A DNA stretch of 64,000 bases from a virus (lineage: Duplodnaviria > Caudoviricetes): positions 1 through 64,000 of IMG/VR virus record IMGVR_UViG_3300037067_009690. The stretch is one strand, 5' to 3'. Below, piece by piece: positions 29,702-39,093 of this stretch. The position numbers and the translations under genes are program-made. The notes beneath the pieces are model-generated. The model did no database searches, was not told where the DNA came from, and saw only the letters and a list, made by a program, of their open reading frames with translations. How positions within the stretch are numbered: position 1 is the stretch's first letter; every line of letters starts with the position of its first letter.

Positions 29702-30100
29702 TTAGGCGTGCGGGTCGAAGCTGGTCAGCTTCTGCTGTGACCTGCTGAACGTGTTGTTGTACTCGATACCCATTTTCACCAGGAGTTTCGCCTCCGCCTC
29801 ACGGCAGGACGCCAACGCCCGGTACAGGCGGCGCATCTTGCGCCTCGCCACCATTTTGTCCACCCCGAACGGCCACGTCGAGGCCTCCTTGATCGCCCGG
29901 TCCAGGGCGTTCCCGGCCTCGTGGTACGCGGTGGAGTCGACCATCGCCTGGTGCCGGCAGGCGTTGCGCCACGCCCGGTGGGCCGATCCCTTACCTGTCC
30001 CTTCCCATCGCTGCACCGGCGAACTGGTCCTGGCCTGCTGCTGGCCCCCAGCCCCGTTGCGTGCGGAGCGTTCCTGAGTCTGCGTGCCCGACTCGCTCAT
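29702..30100 (-). CDS. Hypothetical protein downstream of traB
   Basis: RBS GGAGG; helical protein; position typical of plasmid transfer accessory genes. Confidence 0.6.
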   Translation of the reverse strand: MSESGTQTQERSARNGAGGQQQARTSSPVQRWEGTGKGSAHRAWRNACRHQAMVDSTAYHEAGNALDRAIKEASTWPFGVDKMVARRKMRRLYRALASCREAEAKLLVKMGIEYNNTFSRSQQKLTSFDPHA

Positions 30101-30116
30101 CGTTACCCTCCGTAAG

Positions 30117-30229
30117 TTCAGTGATCGTTTTCAGCCGGTCGTTCAGCCCACCTAAATCGCCGATTCAGCCCCACGCCAGGAGCTGAATCCCCTAAGGGGA
30201 GAGGCTCAGTTCAGTTCAGGAATTCAGCC
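30117..30229. repeat. Cluster of TTCAG(CC) repeats, candidate clt (TraB recognition locus)
   Basis: TTCAG at 30117, 30130, 30142, 30164, 30210, 30215 and 30223, plus one inverted copy near 30182; TCCCC-TAA-GGGGA palindrome at 30188-30200. Confidence 0.55.
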
Positions 30230-32377
30230 CGCCAGGGCGTCTCCGCTGTCGTCACCACCAGTAGTCGCCCCGGCATCCCACGTCGCTGGAGCGGACACGA
30301 AATGCCACCACACCGGGTCCTGCTCGTCCTGCGCCATCAGCCCGAGGTCGGCCAGGCGAGCCAGCCGCATGTACGGCCACGGCCGCCCCCCGCCACCCGG
30401 GATCGAATGCCACACCGTGGACAACTCAGTCTGCGACACGGACGACTGCCCGCCGTCGTGGCGCTCGATCAGCATCCGCCGGAACCGCTCGTTGCGTTCC
30501 GCCGTGGACAGCCGCGACGCAGTCAGGTCACCGAGATCCACGTCATCGGCTGACGTGTCCTGGTCATCACGGTCAGGGTCGACACCGGTCAGGTCGATCC
30601 CGTCGAGCATGGGCATGGGTAGGTCCTCCATGTCGTCTCCGGCCATGTCCAGGTCATCGCTGTCCTGGTCATGACCGGACTGGTCGGTGGTCACCGTGGA
30701 CACGGTGACCTGGTCACGGCGGCTGGTCACGGGGGCAGTGGCCGTGGGCATGTCCATCTGGTCATCGTCGCCGCTGGCCATGTCGGCTAGGACCTGGTCA
30801 CGGCGGCCTAGCCAGTTCTGGTAGGCCGGGCCCAGCGCCGTGACCATCACCGGGTCAAGTTGGGCACGGACATGGGCATGGGCACGGACCACCTCGGTGA
30901 GGACCGTCAGGTCCTCGGTGTCCCCGTCGCGCGTCGGCAGGTCACCGCGGATCGGCATCGCCCACCGGGACTCCGGGACGTCGGGCGCGGACATGATGTG
31001 CATCCCAGGCTTGCCCATCCACGCGTCCGGGCGTGCCCCCGCGTCGATCACGTGATCCGGGAGGCAGAACCCAGCGTCGGCGATGTCGAGCACCCAGAAG
31101 CAGGTGCGGCGGATCAGGTTCGCGCGGACGTCGGTGTCCATCCGCCCATGGGAGGCGCGCTGGAGAGACATGCAGAACTCGATGCCGGCCTTCCGTGCCT
31201 GCTCGGCGATCTTCACTAGCGCACCGTTGTCGACGAGCCATGCGGCTTCCTCGAACTGGACGAACACCTTCGGGATCCCGTGGCGCGTGAACGCCCTCGG
31301 CTCCCACTTCGTCATCCGATGCGACGCCAGGTCCGCGATCCGCGCAGGGACGGCCCGGAGGATCCCAGCGACCATCGCCTTCGCGTCCTTGTCGTCCACG
31401 GCTGGCCATGCGACGCCGTCGATGATCGGCGCGGCGGACTGTGGTCCGGCGATCGGGTCGCACCACAGGACACACACGTCCCGGCGGGTCATCATCCTGG
31501 TCGCCTTGACCAGGTCCCGGATGGACTTCCCTGATCCAGTGGTGCCCATGACCAACTCGTGACCAGCGAACACGGTCTCTGCTGGTGTCCCATCCGCGTA
31601 GGTCCCTACCCGGATCGGGTCAGCGATCGACAGGGCACCCGAGAAACCCACAGGTGGCGCCGGGGGCTCGAATGGCATTGTCGCGTCAAGGCGTGTCGTG
31701 TCCACTGGCCGAATGATTGTCTGACCGCGGTGCTTCCCGATCCGCGCAATCAACGTCCCCGGTCGCAGCTTAAACAGGGACTCCCACCGCTCAAGCTGTG
31801 ACCTGACATCCGAGACAGTCTGGCCGTCCTTGTGGTCGATCACTACTTCCTGGGAGTCTTTCCCCGCGGGGCGAACAGTTGTTCCGGCAGCGAGCCCGAG
31901 GGCCTCCGGGTCGACGCCCTTGACGACGTGCGTGTCTTCGCCTGTACCCTTGACCCTTTTTGACTCCTGGGCGTTGAAGATCACCGCCGCGGCGACACCG
32001 GAAATGAGGTAGACGATCGCCCATGCAATCTCGTCGGCGAGCAACACTGAGAGTGCCGCTCCTACACCAGCGGCAGCGAACACCCCCGTGACGTTTTCAC
32101 GTTCCACTTTCCGACGCGGACCCATGAGAACCCAGATCCGCCACGCAACGAGACTGGTAGCAGCGAGGATGCACACGACAGTGAGCACCCATTCACTGGT
32201 CGACCCATACTTTTCCAGCGTCCCGTGCGCAGCAAGACCGGCTAGGTAAATCCCGGGGAGGCACAGCCATGCGATTTCATCGCGTGTAGACCCCGACTTA
32301 TTCAGGTCGCCTTTCTTCGGCGACCTGACGGACACAGACAGGGGCCTCGGCCTCGTTGACATCCTGGATTTCGCCAT
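30224..32377 (-). CDS. traB: FtsK/SpoIIIE-family conjugative DNA translocase (Streptomyces TraB-like)
   Basis: N-terminal membrane segments, Walker A MGTTGSGKS, Walker B VQFEEA, ARKAGI..SLQRA, C-terminal winged helix. Confidence 0.85.
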   Translation of the reverse strand: MAKSRMSTRPRPLSVSVRSPKKGDLNKSGSTRDEIAWLCLPGIYLAGLAAHGTLEKYGSTSEWVLTVVCILAATSLVAWRIWVLMGPRRKVERENVTGVFAAAGVGAALSVLLADEIAWAIVYLISGVAAAVIFNAQESKRVKGTGEDTHVVKGVDPEALGLAAGTTVRPAGKDSQEVVIDHKDGQTVSDVRSQLERWESLFKLRPGTLIARIGKHRGQTIIRPVDTTRLDATMPFEPPAPPVGFSGALSIADPIRVGTYADGTPAETVFAGHELVMGTTGSGKSIRDLVKATRMMTRRDVCVLWCDPIAGPQSAAPIIDGVAWPAVDDKDAKAMVAGILRAVPARIADLASHRMTKWEPRAFTRHGIPKVFVQFEEAAWLVDNGALVKIAEQARKAGIEFCMSLQRASHGRMDTDVRANLIRRTCFWVLDIADAGFCLPDHVIDAGARPDAWMGKPGMHIMSAPDVPESRWAMPIRGDLPTRDGDTEDLTVLTEVVRAHAHVRAQLDPVMVTALGPAYQNWLGRRDQVLADMASGDDDQMDMPTATAPVTSRRDQVTVSTVTTDQSGHDQDSDDLDMAGDDMEDLPMPMLDGIDLTGVDPDRDDQDTSADDVDLGDLTASRLSTAERNERFRRMLIERHDGGQSSVSQTELSTVWHSIPGGGGRPWPYMRLARLADLGLMAQDEQDPVWWHFVSAPATWDAGATTGGDDSGDALAG

Positions 32378-33453
32378 TACCCGCTCACCTCTCTGCGCGT
32401 GTCTCGGTCGGCCCGGTACGCGGACCACAGGGCGCGAGCCTCCGGACCGGACAGTGGGTGCCCGGCAGCCCGTACGGCGGCGGGCAGGGTGTCCCTGTTC
32501 ACGCGCTCTCCCACGCCCTCCATTCGCTCTGCTATTCCGCGGGCGACGGCGAGGAGTTCTCCGGGCACATCGACGGTCGCCGACACTCTCGTCGAATGGG
32601 GATTGGGTGTGGACGGCACTGCCGTCAGCGCCCGGCGGATGGGTGACCGCGGTAACTCGTGCTCCGGCGTGTGCACCACTGGCGGCGCACCATCCAGCAC
32701 CAGATCAGCGAGACCAGCGAGGACCTCCCCCGGTGCCTGCCGGTCCACGGACCGGGTCACAGCAAGGACCTGCGCCGGATCCAGGGCACCCGTGCGCAGC
32801 CACCGGGCGACCTCACGGCGGACCCTCCGCCCGGACCGGCCACGGGCCGACAGGCGCAGCGCGGTCCGCGCCGCACCAAGGACCGCCGCGTCCCGCCTTG
32901 CGCCCACAGCAGCCGACAGCCGCGCCAGATGCAGCCACGTCCGCGCCGACTCCACCGGGGCCGTGACCCACAACCGCGCAGGGATCCGGTCGACTGCGGT
33001 CTGCTCGGCCCGCCAGTCGCCGATGGCGTCCCGCGCCGACAACTCGACCAGTACCGCCCACACGGCCGGGGCAACGACGTGCCACGGAACAGCTGCGGTC
33101 GTGTTCGCGGCGAGGGCGTTCAGGGCGATGGTCCCGGCGATCCCCGCGTGTGCGGTGACCCGCCACGCCGGCACCGGGCGACCGAGACGCGCGCCAGCCA
33201 CATACCGCAAGGAAGCGCCGAGGATCAGAGCGTCCACGAGGAGCGGGAACCCAGCCGCGAGCACCGGCGGGAAAACGTCGGCCGCCGCCCCATACAGGGA
33301 CGCGTAGGACAGGGCCGCTCCGATCCCTGCCACAGCGGCGAGGATCCCCACCGCTACCGCGCGGATACGAGCTACCCACGGCGGCGGCGGGCCGCCCGTG
33401 AGATGCCCGCACTCGGGGCACACCTCGGGTGGGCCCGGATGATCGACGGCCAT
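32377..33453 (-). CDS. DUF2637/SpdB-like membrane spread protein
   Basis: LSYASLYGAA...FPLLVDALILGAS, four membrane segments, C-terminal HTH-like tail; TAATG coupling to traB. Confidence 0.75.
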   Translation of the reverse strand: MAVDHPGPPEVCPECGHLTGGPPPPWVARIRAVAVGILAAVAGIGAALSYASLYGAAADVFPPVLAAGFPLLVDALILGASLRYVAGARLGRPVPAWRVTAHAGIAGTIALNALAANTTAAVPWHVVAPAVWAVLVELSARDAIGDWRAEQTAVDRIPARLWVTAPVESARTWLHLARLSAAVGARRDAAVLGAARTALRLSARGRSGRRVRREVARWLRTGALDPAQVLAVTRSVDRQAPGEVLAGLADLVLDGAPPVVHTPEHELPRSPIRRALTAVPSTPNPHSTRVSATVDVPGELLAVARGIAERMEGVGERVNRDTLPAAVRAAGHPLSGPEARALWSAYRADRDTRREVSG

Positions 33454-33479
33454 GGTCGCCCCCTTTAGTCGAGTTGTCG

Positions 33480-33923
33480 TCAGTGGGCGCCATCGAAGCT
33501 GACGGCCTTGATGGCGGACCACGGCCCGTGCCCACGGTGGCCGCGGAACCGGATGGTCTGCCGGCCGTACGCGCCGACCCGGTAGGTCCTGGACACGGTC
33601 GTCACGGTCCCGACCCCGCAGGTCTTGGCCACGGCGCGGCCCCAGCCATGGAATCTGGCGCGCGCGTGCAGGTACGCGCAGTGGTGATCCCACTTCGCGT
33701 CCTTCACGGAGTAGGTGACCCGGATCCGGGTCGTCCCGTCGGCGGCGACCCATGTCCCGGTGTGACTCACACACCCGGTCATCCCGGGCGCGCTGATCCG
33801 GTAGCGCCACCCGAATTCGTCGCCGCATTGCAGACGCTCGGATGCGGCGGCAGGGCCTGCTCCGGCAGTCAGTGCCGCGGCGATCAGCGCCGGCGCGGCG
33901 GCTGCGATGGTGATCCCGTGCAT
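33480..33923 (-). CDS. Putative secreted protein
   Basis: Ala-rich signal peptide ending PAAA|S; four Cys; RBS AAGGAG. Confidence 0.55.
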   Translation of the reverse strand: MHGITIAAAAPALIAAALTAGAGPAAASERLQCGDEFGWRYRISAPGMTGCVSHTGTWVAADGTTRIRVTYSVKDAKWDHHCAYLHARARFHGWGRAVAKTCGVGTVTTVSRTYRVGAYGRQTIRFRGHRGHGPWSAIKAVSFDGAH

Positions 33924-34027
33924 GTCGTGTCTCCTTGTGTCGTGTCTCCGTGCCGCCCCAGCCTGGGGGGTGGCTGGGGCGGCCGGTCCCGTCGCCGAGG
34001 GGGAGCAGCGACGGGGGTCAGTGGTGG

Positions 34028-34300
34028 TCAGGTGTCGGCTGGGAGGTCCAGTGCCGACGCCCGGATAGCGGGCTGGGCGTGCATGTCGTCGAGGTCCAGC
34101 TCGATGCGGGCCCGGTGCCGCTCGATCTCGGCGAGGGCAGCGGCCTGCCTGGCCTCGTCGAGGCGGGCAGCGACCCGGACCCGGACCGCAGTCCGGTCCC
34201 GCCACGCGTCGACGTGGATCAGGGCCACGGTCCCGGCCCACGACAGGACCAGCAGTGCGCCGGCGCCGGTCGCTGCGGTGAGGATCTCCGCGGCGGTCAC
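34028..34300 (-). CDS. Small membrane protein
   Basis: N-terminal membrane segment plus coiled coil; GTGA overlap. Confidence 0.5.
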   Translation of the reverse strand: MTAAEILTAATGAGALLVLSWAGTVALIHVDAWRDRTAVRVRVAARLDEARQAAALAEIERHRARIELDLDDMHAQPAIRASALDLPADT

Positions 34301-34611
34301 GGTCCCTCCCTGCGTGGCCACGTGGCGGCCGTCCACTGGCCCTCAGGTGGCGCGGTCAACGTCACCGTGCCCCGTGTGCCACGGATGACACGGGTGCCGG
34401 TCAGGGCCGCGACGACGGCCCCGACCCTGTCGAGGAGGTCATCGGCGATGACCTGCCGGTCGATGGCCGGAGTGTCGAGCCTGGTCCCGGCGTCTGTCAT
34501 CGCGGACACCAGCGACCACGTCGCGGCCGCGAGGGCCTGCTGGGTCTCGGCCAGCTCCCGCTGGAGCCGGTCGACCTCAGCGATGAGGACCGCCGTGTCG
34601 TCGTCGGTCAC
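34297..34611 (-). CDS. Hypothetical protein
   Basis: GTGA overlap; coiled coil. Confidence 0.5.
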   Translation of the reverse strand: MTDDDTAVLIAEVDRLQRELAETQQALAAATWSLVSAMTDAGTRLDTPAIDRQVIADDLLDRVGAVVAALTGTRVIRGTRGTVTLTAPPEGQWTAATWPRREGP

Positions 34612-35258
34612 CGGACTGCCACATCCGCGTCGCTGTGGACGTGGATACCGGTGATCTCCCCGGCGGAGATAGGGACACCGCCGACGGTGAACACGAGGTC
34701 ACCGCTGCTGGCGTCGACGTCGGTGATGGGTCCGCGGATGCACCTGCGGACCCCCTCGGGGTGCCGAGACCACGACCGGTCCGTCCACCACAGGGTCGCC
34801 GTCACCCCAGGAGAGAGCAGCCCGAATGTGGTGGTGGATGCCCCTGGTGGCATCGGGGGCAGGGTGTCGCCGCCGAGGATCAGCAGCGGGCACGGCTGGT
34901 CTGTGAGGGGCATCCGGTGCAGGGGGTGCTCGGCGATGGTGGGGATGATCCGCCCGTAGCGGGGCGCGCCGGTGATGACACAGGCCGCCCACTCGGTGGC
35001 GGATGGCCGGAAGTTGGTGATGGTCGCCCACTGGCCGACTCGGGCGCGGGCAACGGCCCGGTTCCACCGGGCGCGGGCCTCGTAGTTGCGGCAGGTGGGC
35101 GCCAGGAGCCACCACCAGACGCCCACGATGGTCGCCAGGAGCAGGACCACGGCGGTGGCCTGCCTGCCGGACGCGGCCGCGAATGGCGTCGCCAGGGCCA
35201 CAGCGACCGTGGCGGGCACGATCGCCCGCATCTGTGTGTCGGTGCTCGGTGTCCTCAT
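34608..35258 (-). CDS. Membrane protein, first gene of the transfer operon
   Basis: Two N-terminal membrane segments; RBS GAGGGG. Confidence 0.5.
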   Translation of the reverse strand: MRTPSTDTQMRAIVPATVAVALATPFAAASGRQATAVVLLLATIVGVWWWLLAPTCRNYEARARWNRAVARARVGQWATITNFRPSATEWAACVITGAPRYGRIIPTIAEHPLHRMPLTDQPCPLLILGGDTLPPMPPGASTTTFGLLSPGVTATLWWTDRSWSRHPEGVRRCIRGPITDVDASSGDLVFTVGGVPISAGEITGIHVHSDADVAVR

Positions 35259-35350
35259 CGCGTCCCCCTCGGGCGCTGGGTGTCCGTGTCGCGGCCACCA
35301 TACCCCGACGCGTCTACCGTTGTCTACCCCGATCGGATACAGTGGTGGCC

Positions 35351-35722
35351 GTGTCCACAACTGACGGCGGGATCGCCGCCCCCGCTGCCAGACTGTCCCG
35401 CGTGAGAGCCGGGACCCGATGGGCGCCGATCGCCGAGCACCTGCTCGGCGAGATCCGCGCGGGCCGGATACCGGTCGGCGGGATACTGCCGTCGATCACC
35501 GTGATCTGCGCTGAGCACCGGGTGGCGCGTCGCACCGCGTCCAAGGCTGTCGGGCACTTGCGGGACGTGGGCGTGGTGGAGATCCGGCCTGGCGCGGGGG
35601 CGTGGGTGGTAGCTGTGCCTGCCGATGGGTCGGCTGGTGTCGCGCTAGGTGTCCTGGCACGGCTGGACGGCCATGAGGCGCGGATCACCGCGCTGGAGGC
35701 CGAGGCACGCAGGCGCGGCTAG
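35351..35722 (+). CDS. GntR-family regulator (KorA-like)
   Basis: IAEHLLGEIRAGRIPVGGILPSI...VARRTASKAVGHL...RPGAGAWV; divergent from the tra operon; TACAGT -10 at 35338 implies a leaderless GTG. Confidence 0.85.
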   Translation: MSTTDGGIAAPAARLSRVRAGTRWAPIAEHLLGEIRAGRIPVGGILPSITVICAEHRVARRTASKAVGHLRDVGVVEIRPGAGAWVVAVPADGSAGVALGVLARLDGHEARITALEAEARRRG

Positions 35723-35778
35723 GCGACGCTCGCCGGACGTGCGTGTGGCCCGACCGAAGCCGGGCCACATTGTGCTGG

Positions 35779-36102
35779 TCAGTCGCTGGCAACGCCAGCC
35801 AGGGCCGTCACCATCCCTACGATGTTCTCGTGCCCGGCGGCGGACTCGGCCTCAGTGGAGTACCTGGCTGTGTACTCCTCATCCAGCTCCCCGTCCTTGA
35901 ACACCATTGTTTCAAAGATCAGCGGCGGGCCAGACCCGAAGTTGTGGTCGATGACGAGGTGGATAGTGCTGACCAGGTAACCGCCTGTTTCTGTGCGGCC
36001 AACACGGCGAGACTTGTCATTGAACATCGCGGTCAGCGTCTCGGGTGTTGGATCACTTACGGATTCACCGGCCCGGGTGTAGTACGTCATCGCGTTCCCC
36101 AT
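35779..36102 (-). CDS. Conserved phage hypothetical protein
   Basis: VSTIHLVIDH...PLIFETMVF...RYSTEAESAAGH motif. Confidence 0.7.
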   Translation of the reverse strand: MGNAMTYYTRAGESVSDPTPETLTAMFNDKSRRVGRTETGGYLVSTIHLVIDHNFGSGPPLIFETMVFKDGELDEEYTARYSTEAESAAGHENIVGMVTALAGVASD

Positions 36103-36410
36103 TCTTCATTCTTCGGATTGCCGAGGCGTTTCGTGACGCCCGGGTGGGTCATGCTGGCGACCCGCCCGATCTCCCTGAGCGACGCGCCCCGGGCGCGGGC
36201 GGCGCGCATCAGGGCCGTCTGCTGGTCCCGGTCGGCGGCAATCCGGGCCGTCACGTCGGCTAGGGCCGCGAGGACGGCGTCGGCAGTGTCCTCGTCGAGG
36301 AGGACCGTTCCCGCGGTCGTGGTCAGCCACACCGCGTCAGTGTCGCCCGAAAGCGGGCACCCCTCAGGGGAGCCCGCCACAGGCAGGTCGGTAGTCACCT
36401 CCACCACCAT
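36087..36410 (-). CDS. Protein with C-terminal HTH
   Basis: ARARGASLREIGRVASMTHPGVTKRL. Confidence 0.55.
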   Translation of the reverse strand: MVVEVTTDLPVAGSPEGCPLSGDTDAVWLTTTAGTVLLDEDTADAVLAALADVTARIAADRDQQTALMRAARARGASLREIGRVASMTHPGVTKRLGNPKNEEWGTR

Positions 36411-36868
36411 GCGGTAACCCGCTCCCGGAGCGACCATCGGCAGGGCGTCCCCTGCCCCATGTCGCATCCCCCCTGTATCCGGCCACAGGCGCAGAACATC
36501 TCTGCCCCCGGGTCGGTGTCCCCACATTCGGGGCAGGACCCGATCCCCTCGGGGTCCATGCGGTGCTGGGCGACCCCCGACCGGAGATACCGGGTGGCCC
36601 CGGCCATCGCCTTGGCCAGGGTCGGCGCGTTCGTGACGACCCCGCCGACCAGACCCAGGCGGTCAGCGGGAACCCACTGCCACCGCCACCCGTGTTCCAT
36701 GCCGTCGGCGCGGACAATCACGGCCCGACGGCCGCTGCGGACTAGGACCGCCAGCCGGTCCTGGTACTTCGTCCGGAAACCTGCGAGGCGGGCAGCTAGG
36801 CGGATATCCGCCCCGAGACTGTTTTCCGCGTCCGCAAGGAAACATGCGGATTTTGCAAGATTGAACAT
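36395..36868 (-). CDS. Hypothetical protein
   Basis: CPECG motif; operonic. Confidence 0.4.
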   Translation of the reverse strand: MFNLAKSACFLADAENSLGADIRLAARLAGFRTKYQDRLAVLVRSGRRAVIVRADGMEHGWRWQWVPADRLGLVGGVVTNAPTLAKAMAGATRYLRSGVAQHRMDPEGIGSCPECGDTDPGAEMFCACGRIQGGCDMGQGTPCRWSLRERVTAWWWR

Positions 36869-36869
36869 T

Positions 36870-37097
36870 TCAATTCTTCCTCTCCGCCGCGCGTCGCGCG
36901 GATCTCTCGGCCTTGGCGGCCTTCTTGGCGGCGGCTTTCCGCCACCGGTCTTCCCGTTCCCGACGGAGACGCGCCTCCGTCGTTTCTGGGCGGCGGAGGA
37001 CAGCCGCGTCCCGGTACCGCCGCATAGCGGTCTGCTCGGCGGTTTCCGGGGTCCACGAAAATGACTCATCCTCGCGATGAAACCCTAGATACCCCAT
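36870..37097 (-). CDS. Small basic protein
   Basis: TGATG coupling; Arg/Lys-rich helix. Confidence 0.5.
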   Translation of the reverse strand: MGYLGFHREDESFSWTPETAEQTAMRRYRDAAVLRRPETTEARLRREREDRWRKAAAKKAAKAERSARRAAERKN

Positions 37098-37303
37098 CAG
37101 CTCTGCGCTCTGCTAATAGCCGCACTCTTCCGAGTGTGATTCCAGACCTTCAGTCGAAGGCCCGTGCGCGTCCAGGACCGGATTTCCTTCGTCGATATCA
37201 CAAGCCGTGCCGTCCAGCACCACTCCGTGTGGGGCGCAGGGTCCCCCACATACCACCCCTGGGTGGCCTTATGGTTTTTCCATGACTTCCACAGAACTGG
37301 CAT
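37097..37303 (-). CDS. Hypothetical Trp-rich protein
   Basis: RBS GGAGGAAAGGA. Confidence 0.5.
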   Translation of the reverse strand: MPVLWKSWKNHKATQGWYVGDPAPHTEWCWTARLVISTKEIRSWTRTGLRLKVWNHTRKSAAISRAQS

Positions 37304-37332
37304 TTCCTTTCCTCCTGCGTCCTGGTGGGGAT

Positions 37333-37382
37333 CCTGGCTTCCACGGTCGCCCCTGGGGCACCGGGGGCGACCGAAGCAGTCA
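37333..37382 (-). repeat. Intergenic hairpin element, copy 1
   Basis: 50-nt element about 85% identical to 37668-37717; related copy at 39674-39726. Confidence 0.8.
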
Positions 37383-37637
37383 GGAATCAATGGCGTCCTC
37401 AGCGTCTCTCCGCACCCCGGATACGAGTCGCAGCCATTCGTTGACCCAGATAGTTGGGTCTTTCTGGGTTGCCGCACTGAGCCCGGTAACAATGCGGGGG
37501 CCGGCGAGGAAATCCACCTCATAGATATCGGCTGCGAGTTTGTTGACCGTGGCGATAGCCTGGGTCATCGCCACCACCGCCTCCTCGACTGGCTTGAGCG
37601 CAGCGACAAGCTCAGCGTGATTGGTTATCTTCCTCAT
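37380..37637 (-). CDS. Hypothetical protein
   Basis: RBS AGAGGGAG. Confidence 0.6.
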   Translation of the reverse strand: MRKITNHAELVAALKPVEEAVVAMTQAIATVNKLAADIYEVDFLAGPRIVTGLSAATQKDPTIWVNEWLRLVSGVRRDAEDAIDS

Positions 37638-37667
37638 GATGCTCCCTCTTTCCATTCGGCGCTGTGT

Positions 37668-37717
37668 CCTGGCTTCCACGGCCGTCCCCGGTGTCCCGGG
37701 GGCGACCGAAGCGGTCA
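37668..37717 (-). repeat. Intergenic hairpin element, copy 2
   Basis: CCTGGCTTCCACGGCCGTCCCC...GGGGCGACCGAAGCGGTCA. Confidence 0.8.
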
Positions 37718-38158
37718 GGGCCTGGGGATCTCAGTGATCCCGGCCTGGTAGCCGTCGGCCCCGAGGGCCTGCGCCTCGCCCTCCGCGTCGGCCAGGCTCC
37801 AGCACGTCCGCCCGTCGACCTCGTACAGGGCACCGTCGGTGTCGGAGAGCCGGTGGAGTCCCCGGCAGCCGATGATCCGGCCGTTGTCGTCGCGGACCTC
37901 ACCCCAGGGGGCGACGACGTCGGCCCGCGTCCCCTGGAGTGCCAGGAGGCACACCAGGGACACGATGTAGGTGGTGTCCTTGGCGGGTGACGCGAGCCCG
38001 GCCAGGCGCCCGTAGCGGACGGTGGTGACGTCCCCGGCCGTCCCGATGGCCTCGGTGGTGATCCGCGCCGCCTGGCCGGTGGCCGGGTAGGTGGCGGCGG
38101 TGGAGCCGTCGGCGTCGAGGATCGTCACGGCGTGGGGGGTGAGGTTGACGTACTGCAT
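37715..38158 (-). CDS. Conserved phage hypothetical protein
   Basis: VNLTPHAVTI...YIVS...DVVAP...GRIIGCRGL motif; RBS AAGGAG. Confidence 0.7.
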   Translation of the reverse strand: MQYVNLTPHAVTILDADGSTAATYPATGQAARITTEAIGTAGDVTTVRYGRLAGLASPAKDTTYIVSLVCLLALQGTRADVVAPWGEVRDDNGRIIGCRGLHRLSDTDGALYEVDGRTCWSLADAEGEAQALGADGYQAGITEIPRP

Positions 38159-38191
38159 CGAATGCTCCTTGGTGGGTGGTGGGCTTCCCTT

Positions 38192-38241
38192 GTGGTTACT
38201 AAGTTACCACCCTAGTGGGGTGCTGTCAACTCAGTAACCAC
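38192..38241 (-). promoter_or_regulatory. Sigma70/HrdB-type promoter flanked by inverted operators
   Basis: TTGACA (38224-38229), 17-nt spacer, TAACTT (38201-38206); GTGGTTACT at 38192 and AGTAACCAC at 38233. Confidence 0.7.
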
Positions 38242-38304
38242 ACCGGGCCGGGCCAAAACGCGGCCGGCCCCCACCAGCAGGCAGAGGCCAGCACGCAACG
38301 CAGG

Positions 38305-38643
38305 TCAGACGACCCGGGCACCCGCCAGGAACGCCAGGATCTCCCCAACCACCACCCCCAACTGCCCAGACCCCACCCGCCGGAAATCCGTCTCCGACAT
38401 CCCATCCCGGACCCGGATCCACAGCTGGCACTCCCGCGCCATCTGCTCCGCCACAGCCGCCTGCCGCCACTCCGCCGGGACCGTCAACAGCAACTCCCGC
38501 ACGTCACCCCTGTACATGCCGTCAGGGTCCGCCAACGCCCCGTCCGTCAACTCCGCCAAGACGTGTGTGTGTGTGTGCAGATCCGCGACCGGCGTGTAAT
38601 GCACGTCGCGGGCTATCTGCCATTCGCTGGTGAAACCAGACAC
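38305..38643 (-). CDS. Hypothetical protein
   Basis: RBS AGGAG. Confidence 0.5.
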   Translation of the reverse strand: MSGFTSEWQIARDVHYTPVADLHTHTHVLAELTDGALADPDGMYRGDVRELLLTVPAEWRQAAVAEQMARECQLWIRVRDGMSETDFRRVGSGQLGVVVGEILAFLAGARVV

Positions 38644-38667
38644 AGGAACTCCTCATGGTCGCAGGTG

Positions 38668-38871
38668 CTACGGGCAAGGCCAGATCAGGTCAGCGACAAT
38701 CCTCAGGATGAACGCCGCGTACAACGCTATGCCGGAAGCAACCGCCAACCGATACGCTCTTTCCGTATCCCCAGCCCGGCGGGCGTTACTTGACCGGACA
38801 GTCAATACCAGGGCAAGCACGATGCCCGGTGACGTCAGCATGTTGAGCAGGTAGCTTATCCGGTGGCTCAT
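38668..38871 (-). CDS. Small membrane protein
   Basis: Two hydrophobic segments. Confidence 0.45.
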   Translation of the reverse strand: MSHRISYLLNMLTSPGIVLALVLTVRSSNARRAGDTERAYRLAVASGIALYAAFILRIVADLIWPCP

Positions 38872-38904
38872 CTTGTACCCCCTGAATGTTTCGGCTGATA
38901 GCGG

Positions 38905-39093
38905 TCAGGCATTTCCGCTGTGACATTGGCATTCAGTGTCGACTATCTCAGCAATCACCCTGCCCTCATGCACGTCTTTCACGCATCTTCCGTACTCGCA
39001 CATTGTGCGTTCTGTCTTCATCCCTAGGCTGCGTTTCGCGGCCTCGTACGCCGCGAGGGACTCAGGTGTCACCGGTTCGTCAACGTATGGCAT
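38905..39093 (-). CDS. Hypothetical protein
   Basis: RBS GGAGG; CxxxxC and CxCH. Confidence 0.45.
   Translation of the reverse strand: MPYVDEPVTPESLAAYEAAKRSLGMKTERTMCEYGRCVKDVHEGRVIAEIVDTECQCHSGNA

Noticed and set aside
30640-30860. GTGACC/GGTCAC repeats in traB
   Set aside because: They lie in the coding linker (VT/DQ repeats); less convincing as clt than the intergenic TTCAG cluster.
38540-38580. GTGTGTGTGTGTG dinucleotide run as a phase-variation tract
   Set aside because: Short, encodes HTHTH in frame, and there is no evidence of length variation from a single sequence.
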